Origin: Acidimicrobiia bacterium
Lineage (GTDB): Bacteria > Actinomycetota > Acidimicrobiia > Spongiisociales > Spongiisociaceae
Assembly (NCBI GenBank): GCA_041576165.1
Contig: JBFGLM010000065.1
Location: 1-22,506, forward strand
Direction: 5' to 3'
DNA: 22,506 nucleotides
Position 1 is the first letter of the stretch, and the number at the start of each line of letters is the position of its first letter. A program made the translations under genes and the position numbers. The notes under the pieces were generated by a model that did not search any database, was not told where the DNA came from, and worked only from the letters and a program-made list of their open reading frames with translations. Below are positions 1 to 7,576 of this stretch, one piece after another.

Positions 1-338
1 AGGAGCGCAGTGTGGCACGATGCGGCGCCCAGGGGCACTCCCTGGGCAGCTTTGAATTTCGCCAGCTGCGGATCCTCCGTCAGATCGATGCTGGCACCGA
101 GATCTTGCAGGTACCCGACCCACCCTGAGCAGCATCCTCAGCCGGGTGCCTGGTGAACCTCGAGGCTGAGGCCGGAGAGGTCGGGCCCGGAGGCCCCGGA
201 GGCCCCGGCAGTGGTCTGGGTGGCATCCGTGGTGCCTCCACCACACGCCGCCCCGGCCAACGCCAGCAGGATGAACCAAAGCCGGACTCTGATTGGCGCT
301 CCTTCCGCAGACGGCAGCAATCGTACAGGGACGGCCAC
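1..338 (-). CDS. DUF411/CopG-family copper-binding lipoprotein with in-frame TGA (138-140) at the first Cys of the CxCC motif; candidate selenoprotein; 3' end runs off the window
   Basis: Translating through the TGA gives ...LSLEVHQAPG-U-GCCSGWVGYLQDLGASIDLTEDPQLAKFKAAQGVPLGAASCHTAL, open to the window edge. This matches the DUF411 pattern xxxP.CGCC..W..L...G.....K...GVP....SCHTA. Signal peptide with lipobox-like LAGAAC and a Thr/Gly linker. Confidence 0.85.
87..136 (-). promoter_or_regulatory. Putative bacterial SECIS hairpin directly 3' of the UGA
   Basis: On the mRNA, GAUGCUG (136-130) pairs perfectly with CAGCAUC (93-87). An inner stem CAGG(G)UG/UACCUG closes a G-rich loop GGUCGGG that begins about 17 nt after the UGA. 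Folded by eye only. Confidence 0.55.
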
Positions 339-442
339 CGCTTGCTGACGTCAGGCCAGTCCGTTCCCCGGCCCACCCCCATGCCCAAATAGGGGGCATT
401 CCTGATGGCTCTTCGTACGAGATTCGATCACAGTGCGGGGCA

Positions 443-1021
443 GTGGATACTCCCAAGCCAGTGGCGCGGTTCAGTACCAGCCGGGAACGCAGACTCTGGC
501 TGCTCGCCGGCGCAGTGGTGGTCGCTATCTACTCCACCCTTAGCTTGGCGACCACTCTGGCGGCAGAGCTGACCAACAGCGAGCTGCTGGATAACATCTC
601 GGCGCTGGCGCTCCTGATTCTCTTTGCTGTCATCTTGCTGGTGGGCCTGAAGGGTCAGGCGCCGAGCGCGGCCCGGGTCGCCATCGCCGTCGGAATCGTG
701 GCCGTCTACGCACTCGTGTTTCTCCGGATGGCCAGCCCCATCGAACGATCGCATCTCTTCGAGTACAGCCTCCTGGCAATTCTCGTCCACGAAGCGCTGA
801 TCGAGCGGTCGAATGCCGGTCGCAAAGTGGCGCGTCCCGGCCTGCTTGCAGTTGGCGCAGTCTCATCGATAGGGGTGTTCGATGAGTTGATCCAGCTGAC
901 CATTCCGAGCCGCGTGTTCGATCCGATCGACATCGGATTCAACGTCTTTGCCGCAACCATGGGTGTGACCCTTAGTGCTGCCGTCGCTTGGGCCGTCCGC
1001 CGCCGGGACCGTGCTTCCTAG
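443..1021 (+). CDS. VanZ-like family membrane protein
   Basis: Several hydrophobic helices; motifs ERSHLFEYSLLA and DELIQLTIPSRVFDPIDIGFN are typical of VanZ-like proteins. Start taken at GTG 443 (GTG 461 is an alternative) because the longer ORF start at 293 overlaps the divergent gene. Confidence 0.8.
   Translation: MDTPKPVARFSTSRERRLWLLAGAVVVAIYSTLSLATTLAAELTNSELLDNISALALLILFAVILLVGLKGQAPSAARVAIAVGIVAVYALVFLRMASPIERSHLFEYSLLAILVHEALIERSNAGRKVARPGLLAVGAVSSIGVFDELIQLTIPSRVFDPIDIGFNVFAATMGVTLSAAVAWAVRRRDRAS
635..690 (+). repeat. 56-bp exact direct repeat, copy 1 (inside the VanZ-like gene)
   Basis: ttgctggtgggcctgaagggtcaggcgccgagcgcggcccgggtcgccatcgccgt is identical to 1525-1580. Confidence 0.95.
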
Positions 1022-1357
1022 TCGACGGCGAAACCGACTACGTACAACCTTCTCACTGCGTCAGCTTGTCATCCGGGCCGTGACTCCATCGGACTCGGAC
1101 GTGCGCCGCCCCGATCCACCGCGCCGATCCACCGCCAGGTGCGATATTGCACTTCCTGCCGAGAGCTCTGCACCTCCAGGAGCGGTTCGCAAACGAAGCG
1201 GGCGTTACGCAGCATTGCATCGGGTCATTCCCGTCTCATGTCTTGCTGCTATTCAGGCCTCTCATAGGGAGCGGTCGAAGGCCACGAGAAGAGTCGTCTG
1301 AGGTGCGTCTGATTGACTGCAGAGATCAGTGACCGCGGCCATGAGATTGTCCCCGCA

Positions 1358-1474
1358 GGCGGCCAAGTTCACCTCCGGTGCGCGGGACAGGTCTTGGAGG
1401 TCGCGACCGATCGCTCAACGAACTCTTCGGCGAGGGCAGCATCGGCCGTGAGTGTAGATCTGGCGGACGAGCTC
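1358..1474 (-). mobile_element. Frameshifted ISL3-family transposase fragment
   Basis: Joining frames gives ELVRQIYTH/ADAALAEEFVER/GRDLQDLSRAPEVN/LGR. This resembles the C-terminal part of actinobacterial ISL3 transposases as I recall them (KE.VR.IY...D...A.EFV..L..DLQD...P.EV..LGRT). Confidence 0.5.
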
Positions 1475-1524
1475 CGAGAGGCATCGATGTGGTGGACGTT
1501 CAACTCGCTGAGGCTGTCGCCGTG

Positions 1525-1580
1525 TTGCTGGTGGGCCTGAAGGGTCAGGCGCCGAGCGCGGCCCGGGTCGCCATCGCCGT
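1525..1580 (+). repeat. 56-bp exact direct repeat, copy 2 (orphan VanZ-like fragment in intergenic debris)
   Basis: Identical to 635-690, offset 890 bp. Confidence 0.95.
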
Positions 1581-1758
1581 GGGCCACGCAGAAGGGACAA
1601 CTGAATCCAAGCTCCTCGCTCCAGATCGCCGACGCCGACCCGGTCAACAATCCCGGATCAATGAAGCGTCAGGGACGGTCCAGGGCGTGGCGAGCATTCC
1701 CTTGTAGGGCGTGAGCGCCACCAAGCTTTGCGTTCGTCCATCAGAATCGAGACCGCAA

Positions 1759-2265
1759 CTACGAGTCGATGACCTCCAGATTCAGCCATTCGATCCGCGC
1801 GGCAAGATCCCCATCCAGCTCGATCTCGACCTCGCCGGAATACCGGTTCCCGTGCGCATCGAGCTCTGTGACAAAGATGAACGTACCCTCATCGGTTGGC
1901 GTCAACTCGCCGATGCGGCTCACGTTCGTGATCAGGGGGCCTCTGATTCCTACATCTCGAACCGTTTCCTCCACGGTCTTCGTTCCGCCACGTGTGAATC
2001 CGACATCGGAATACACCGCGTCGTCTGCGAAGACGGAGCGAACCGCCTCAGCGTCGTTCTCATCCCAGCCCCGCATCCAGGTGTCAGCCAATTCGGTCGC
2101 AACAGCCAGGTTGTCGGTGTCGTCGGTCTGGTTGGCCTCAATGATCGCCCATATGCCAACTGCGATCCCGGCCAGTGCGAGAATCACAACCACAATGATG
2201 AGCCACGGGCGGCGGAGGCGGCCCCGTGTCGTCTGGCGTGGGGCCTTGGGCGTGACTGTCTCCAT
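1759..2265 (-). CDS. Membrane-anchored SnoaL/NTF2-like domain protein
   Basis: Strong RBS (AAGGAGG) before the ATG; N-terminal TM helix; W...W...D.EAV..VFADDAVY.D pattern of NTF2-like folds. Confidence 0.75.
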   Translation of the reverse strand: METVTPKAPRQTTRGRLRRPWLIIVVVILALAGIAVGIWAIIEANQTDDTDNLAVATELADTWMRGWDENDAEAVRSVFADDAVYSDVGFTRGGTKTVEETVRDVGIRGPLITNVSRIGELTPTDEGTFIFVTELDAHGNRYSGEVEIELDGDLAARIEWLNLEVIDS

Positions 2266-2518
2266 AATCCACCCTCCTTCCGTGGACGGAGGACTGCCTC
2301 ACAATCTGATTCTGACCGGGCCGTATGGCATTGCCAGAGCCGATGTGCCCTGTGTTCGTCACTCCCAATCCGTCTGCCCGCTCAACGGAGCCCTGGCGGA
2401 GCTGACAGGCGAGGATTGTCCGAGCCTGCGCTTGGAGGATGTCAGCTCAGTCTCGCGGCCACGATGAGCGCGGGCCCTCGATAGCCGTGACCCCAACCGC
2501 ACCGATCACCAGATCTAC

Positions 2519-2788
2519 ATGCACGGTGGTTCCGCGCCCCAGGTTGTCGCCGCGGCACGGCGCCGACTGTTGGAGGCTGCTGATCCGGCTGCGGCCCGCC
2601 TGGTCGAGCTGATGGCAAGCGACGACGAGCGGATCGGTCTACGAGCGGCCCGGGACATCCTTGACAGGGCAGGCTTGGCCGCGCACGCCCGCGTCGAAAT
2701 CCCCGAGCAGGACGATCTTCCGCCGTTCGAGCAGGTCGAGGCCTGGGCCGAGCAATGGATCGTCCGGCTAAGCGGCGCGGCGTCGTGA
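2519..2788 (+). pseudogene. 5'-truncated phage-type HGG-motif protein (small-terminase-like); paralog of 9148-9441
   Basis: MHGGSAPQVVAAARRRLLEAADPAAARLVEL...RAARDILDRAGL aligns with the 9148 protein but lacks its N-terminal Cys-containing segment. Confidence 0.65.
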
Positions 2789-3031
2789 CCGTGGTGCTCG
2801 ACGACCACGGCAAAGATACGAAACGAGACACCCGGGAAAGTCCGGCCAAAGAAGACCAGCTCGATCTCGTATGTACCCATTCCGTTTCAGTGTCAGTGGC
2901 CCCGTCGGAAACCCTCCAACCGCCCGTTCTTAAGGGGGGACATGGTCGTGGGCTTCCCCGTTTTCGGCGCGGTTTGCGGTCGTGCCTGCGGGAACAGCTA
3001 CCACAAGGTGAGTGAGTGGCGCTTACCGGTG

Positions 3032-4621
3032 TCAGCCTGACGACAACGGTGCCCGAAAACGGATTGGGTTCATGCCGTCGATGCAGGACGTGTTGGGCGG
3101 GCTGTTGGGGTCGATGATGAACTGGCGGGCGATCCCGAAGGGGCATCCGTCGCTAAGTGTTGGCCAGTGGCTCTGTCCGGGGAACTCGAGCACCGCGGCG
3201 TTCGAGAGGTGGTCTGCTGCTTGATGGGCCCAGCGTGTCGGGGTGATGGGGTCGAGTTCGCCCTGGAGCGCGAGTACCGCCACGTCACTTGCAACAGGCT
3301 GGTTCTCCCCGGCAGCCGCCTCGCCCGCCTGCCACATGCTGCAGAAAGCGGCCACGTCGGTGACGGTCCCGAAAGTTGGCAGCCAGGTCACCGTGCGGAA
3401 GCCTTCACCAATTCGGCCGGCTCGATCCAGTGCAGCCTGGTAGGCGTCGCGGTCGACAAACGGGGCTTCTTCGTGACAGAAGACGGAGTTGACCAGACCG
3501 CCCGGATAGGCCTCATCGAGCAGGCTGAAGATGTCCTCCACGAACAGGCCAAGCGCGGAGTCGTCCCCGGTGTGAGCCGTGTCGAGGGCTCTCGGGATCG
3601 CAGGGATCAGATCGGTGAGACCGAGGGCCAGCACCACTGCTCCGATCAGGAAGTCACCGTCGACGATCGCCTCACGGGAGCTTCCTCCTTGGGGAGGAAC
3701 CGCCGCGATGGTGACTGGCGCCGCATCCAGCCGCTCCACTAGCTCCCAGAATGTGCCGTCGAGGTCCGGGTACTGCGATGCGCACGCCGGGTCGGCAGCG
3801 CATTCGTCGAACAGCGCCTCGATCGCGGCGGCTGCGTTGCCAGGTTCTTCGGCGACCGGGTCCACCTCGGGCGGATAAACAGAGTCGAGTACCACCGCTC
3901 TGATCTGTTCCGGGCGCTCACGGACCACGGTGAGTGCCAGGCGGGTTCCGTAGGAGACGCCGAACAGGTTGTACTGGCCGTAACCCAGAACATCCATCAG
4001 ATCAGCGATGTCGGCCGCGTTCTCCACCGTGTTGTAAGCAGATAGGTCGATACCTTCGTCGAGCAGCCGGTCCCGGCACGCCGCATAGCCGTCGGTGACT
4101 CGTCGTTCGGCTGCTTCGTCCGAGACGGACTCGTCCAACACGTCGTACTCGGCGGCGACACCTTCGGGGCATGTGAACAACGGCCCCGAATAGCCCGTGC
4201 CGCGCTGGTCAACCACGATCACATCCCGCTGCTCGGTGAATTGCCGCACCAGCTGAGTGTTGAACCACGCCGAAAGGTCCAGGCTCGGAGCCCCGGGTCC
4301 GCCGAACAGATACAGCACAGGATCCGGGTCGGGATCCGATCCAGTCGCCGCATAGACAGCAACGTGAAGCCGCAGCCACCGGCCGTTTCCGAGGTCGGCC
4401 CGGTTCTCAGGCACCTCAAGCCACCCGCATCCGACCTCAACCAACGGTGGCGGCTCGAACTCGCAGTCCGCAACCACGAACTCCCCAGGCGCGGTCGTGG
4501 TGACGTTCGGGGAACTGATTGTCGCCTCAGACGCACCACTCGTTGCTTCTGGATCGGTCCCCTGCCCACACGAAACGAGCACCACCACCAAGAAGAGAAC
4601 CAGAACCTGCCGATCAAGCAT
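3032..4621 (-). CDS. Alpha/beta-hydrolase lipoprotein, TAP-like (tripeptidyl aminopeptidase-type) family
   Basis: Lipobox LVSC; GGPG motif; DQRGTG; nucleophile elbow GVSYG; acid residue in GELDPITP; His in GQSH. Confidence 0.9.
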   Translation of the reverse strand: MLDRQVLVLFLVVVLVSCGQGTDPEATSGASEATISSPNVTTTAPGEFVVADCEFEPPPLVEVGCGWLEVPENRADLGNGRWLRLHVAVYAATGSDPDPDPVLYLFGGPGAPSLDLSAWFNTQLVRQFTEQRDVIVVDQRGTGYSGPLFTCPEGVAAEYDVLDESVSDEAAERRVTDGYAACRDRLLDEGIDLSAYNTVENAADIADLMDVLGYGQYNLFGVSYGTRLALTVVRERPEQIRAVVLDSVYPPEVDPVAEEPGNAAAAIEALFDECAADPACASQYPDLDGTFWELVERLDAAPVTIAAVPPQGGSSREAIVDGDFLIGAVVLALGLTDLIPAIPRALDTAHTGDDSALGLFVEDIFSLLDEAYPGGLVNSVFCHEEAPFVDRDAYQAALDRAGRIGEGFRTVTWLPTFGTVTDVAAFCSMWQAGEAAAGENQPVASDVAVLALQGELDPITPTRWAHQAADHLSNAAVLEFPGQSHWPTLSDGCPFGIARQFIIDPNSPPNTSCIDGMNPIRFRAPLSSG

Positions 4622-4729
4622 CGGGAATCCAACGACGCTTGCCCGCAGCCTCTCCTCACTGCAGGCGCGTTTCTAGTGCCGATCGTCCCACGATCGGCTC
4701 AGATCCACGCATCGCCCCTCATCGTCCCA

Positions 4730-4980
4730 GGCCAGGAGGTATTTCCCGCGCCGATCCATCGGCGAGACTACAACCTGGCCCACCTCCCCCACGCCGAGCA
4801 TGGAATCGTGCAGGTCAGCTGCCAAGACGGCGTGTTCAAATCGGCGTTCTGGCTATTGACGTGTGTGTCGGCAGCCGTCGGCCAGGACATCTGGAATTCT
4901 TCGTGCTGTCAAAGTCCGGGCGCGTACGGAGCAGCTGGTGGTCGGACGAGGAAGGTTGGAGCGACTGGCAGCTCGTTTAG
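4730..4980 (+). pseudogene. Remnant of a Trp-rich beta-propeller (PLL/fucose-lectin-like) repeat protein, C-terminal end
   Basis: VGSRRPGHLEFFVLSKSGRVRSSWWSDEEGWSDWQLV* resembles one propeller blade. A more decayed blade (QVSCQDGVFKSAFW) lies upstream in another frame. Confidence 0.35.
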
Positions 4981-5431
4981 CACATCGACACCGAACCGCG
5001 CCCCGTCGGGTTGAGTGTTGGTTCGCACTCGAACGACCAGATTGAAGTCGCCATCGTTCGCGATGACGGCACGATCACCCACGGATGGAGCCCTCCCCGC
5101 GGTGGCTGGCAGGGCTTCCGCCAACACACGGGCGCATGACCTAGAGAAGAGCCAAGGACGGCCTCCATCGATTCGCGCCACCCCGGCTTCCTGCCGCTGC
5201 CGTGTGAAAGCAGAACGAGGCTCTCTGCGTCACTGGCATTCGGCCGAAATCCCTTACGGGGCAAGGAAGAACGCCTGTCGTCAGTTCTCCTCGTTGATGG
5301 TCCTTTGATTGCCTGACGGACACCAGCTACTTCGAGATACACCCGTGTCTGATCTAGCCCAGGCACGCATAACACGAGCGTCGCCGTCTTGAAGACCGGT
5401 TCGGACGGTCTAGTGAACAAGGCTGACTCGC

Positions 5432-5604
5432 AGCGAGCACCCGGCGGCGGTGGCGTGTCTCGAAAACGACCTCGAGGCGCTCCTGAACGCGCATCGGGTC
5501 CCGGTGCGGCACCGGATCAACGTGCGCACCACCAACCTGGCGGAGCGTTCGTTCGTCGAGGAGCGGCGCCGCACCAGGTCATCCCCGGACTGTTGGATGA
5601 GAAG
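5432..5604 (+). mobile_element. IS256-family transposase fragment (frameshifted)
   Basis: HPAAVACLENDLEALLNAHRVPVRHRINVRTTNLAERSFVEERRRT, then a frameshift to VIPGLLDEK; carries the IS256 RTTN..ER...E..RRT.V signature. Confidence 0.8.
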
Positions 5605-5708
5605 TGTTCAATGCCGATACGGGGGAAGTGTTGTTTGAGGCAGGGCACCACGAGACGTTCAGTGGCGATGTCGATTCCTGCGCCCTCCTCGCTGGCAACG
5701 CCATCTGA
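5604..5708 (+). pseudogene. Orphan C-terminal fragment of an unknown gene abutting the IS256 remnant
   Basis: Protein-like frame VFNADTGEVLFEAGHHETFSGDVDSCALLAGNAI* begins exactly where transposase similarity ends. Confidence 0.3.
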
Positions 5709-5933
5709 CCGAGACAGAGGGAGACCAGAACCAGGAGCGCGCGGCGGTTGTCCTCCGACGGATGGGTGGTTGGCTAGTGAGTCGTGTGCGACTGCACATC
5801 TCGACAATGCTCACCTCCCGCCAGCGGCCGCCAACCCAAACTCGCAGCACGGCGCCCCACGGAGCTTGCCGGCCCCGGTCGGATTCGGCCATGACGCCGC
5901 AGGCTGGTGCGGTGTGGACGGAAGGTCGGAGCA

Positions 5934-7142
5934 CTATTTGTGTGTGTGGTACGTGAGCGATTCGTACGCGGTGGCCTTGCCCAAGCCCGCAGCGTAATTC
6001 TCGATGAACTCGTGAGTGAGTGCCCACTGGTACTCGTCGGATCGCTTGAGGTGGGTCGTGAAGAAGGCAAGCGCGAACCGCCGTATCTGGGCTACGACCT
6101 CGGGGTCCCGAACCATGTAATGGCCGGCTCCCTCGAAGGTGATCATGGTTGTCGTGTCCGGCTGACCCCGCTCGAAAAGCGGCACCGCTGCCAGCTCGTA
6201 AGGGTTACCTGTGTCCTCACCGGCCGCGGTATACAACACCGGAATGCTCAAATGTGACAGGCCGTCGGGTCCGACCAGGTCGTAGCCCTCGGGACCGACC
6301 GGCATCGCTGCTTTGATGCGATCGTCACCCAGCGAGTTCCACAGGCCCGACGAGGTAGCGATGCCGGTCTGTGACGCCCGCACAGCCAGTCGCTCCCACG
6401 CCTCGGGCGGTTCGCACACATATGTGAACCACCAGTCGCTCCAGTCCGCAGGAGGTTCATTGCAGCTACTCGCGTAGTGGTCGGGGTCGATCCTGGCGCC
6501 TCCGAGGGCAATCGCGGTCCATGAACCGAACGAGTAATCCACCACACCTGCCTGGTCAGTGTCGGCCGCCGCCGCCAGCGGGTCCGGGTCCAGCGCCTCG
6601 ACCGCGTCGAGCGCAAACGTCAGATCCAGCGGGAAATCGATCATGTCCGGGCTCGGATGCACTCCCCACGGGCCATGAGAACGAGCCCCGATCACCACGA
6701 ACCCGTGCGACGCCAGATGGGAACCAAGGCCGCCTGCCGTCATCCCGGAGCCGACAATCACCGGATACGGTGCCTCGGCGCTATCAGGAGCAGCATTTGC
6801 GGGGACTGCTCCCCCCGCGGAGCGTTCGGCCGGATAGTAGACAGTGACCCCGACGCTGCGATCATTCCGCGCGGGGTCGGTGAACGCCAGCTCCTGTCTC
6901 CCCACCGCGAACTTCCCAAGCTCAGACATCGCCGCTGCCACGGTGAGATCGATCGCCGATCGAGGAACCTGACCAGTCGCCTCCGCGGTGGAGCTTGTGT
7001 CACCGACCGTGGTGGCCGAACTGGACAGGGTTGCTGACGAGGTTGTGCTGGTAAGAGTCGGCGACGACGTCTCAGCACCGCACCCGGCGCTAGCCGCGAC
7101 CACCACTGCGACCAGCGGCACCCAGATAGACCGGCATCGCAT
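5934..7142 (-). CDS. Alpha/beta-hydrolase lipoprotein (dienelactone hydrolase/PAF-acetylhydrolase-like)
   Basis: RBS GAGGGG then ATG at 7142; lipobox SAGC; Ser/Thr linker; D.R.R....VYYP, HLASHGFVV, DYSFG elbow, DDRIKA, GAGH. Confidence 0.85.
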   Translation of the reverse strand: MRCRSIWVPLVAVVVAASAGCGAETSSPTLTSTTSSATLSSSATTVGDTSSTAEATGQVPRSAIDLTVAAAMSELGKFAVGRQELAFTDPARNDRSVGVTVYYPAERSAGGAVPANAAPDSAEAPYPVIVGSGMTAGGLGSHLASHGFVVIGARSHGPWGVHPSPDMIDFPLDLTFALDAVEALDPDPLAAAADTDQAGVVDYSFGSWTAIALGGARIDPDHYASSCNEPPADWSDWWFTYVCEPPEAWERLAVRASQTGIATSSGLWNSLGDDRIKAAMPVGPEGYDLVGPDGLSHLSIPVLYTAAGEDTGNPYELAAVPLFERGQPDTTTMITFEGAGHYMVRDPEVVAQIRRFALAFFTTHLKRSDEYQWALTHEFIENYAAGLGKATAYESLTYHTHK

Positions 7143-7576
7143 GTCGTCCCCTCTCGGTCCAAACGGCCCAGGGAGAATCTCACTCAGGTCCGACACCCAT
7201 ATGAGTGGCCACCAACCAGCATCCATACCACACAAACCGCGCGCCAGAGGCCATAAGCCCGAACCCGCACCAGCCACCTGGGGATTTCTCCATCGGGCTG
7301 ACAGCGCGATACGGGTCCGAGGACGGCTACCCTGAACCGCGCCGACGCGAACCCGCAGCCGGGGCTATCGACCGACTCCATCCGGGCGCCGAATTGCCGA
7401 ATTGGGCGTAACTGGGTCTTGGGACCCTGGGCGCCATACGAACATGAGAGTTCGGTATCGCATCGTGCCCGGCTAGCGCAGGACCAAGGTAGCTCAGCAA
7501 ACACCCGCGGTTACCCGTAGGCGCTCCGCGACTACGGACCCCTCAGCGGAGTCGTAGGAAGACGCGGACAGCGCAG

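Noticed and set aside
138-140. Genome-wide TGA reassignment (Trp or Gly) as the explanation for the in-frame TGA
   Set aside because: TGA is a normal stop elsewhere, including ATGA overlaps at 11971, 15329 and 16219, and this codon aligns with Cys rather than Trp or Gly.
4909-5181. Minus-strand ORF with faint class III nucleotide cyclase-like words (VIANDGDF, NLVVRV)
   Set aside because: Key motif spacing is broken and it overlaps a better-supported remnant on the plus strand; too weak to call.
5384-5399. CCGTCTTGAAGACCGG resembles an anticodon arm of tRNA-Sec (minus strand, TCA) or tRNA-Ser(TGA) (plus strand)
   Set aside because: The stem is imperfect, it fits both readings equally, and no T arm or acceptor stem is present. 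At most an unprovable old att scar.
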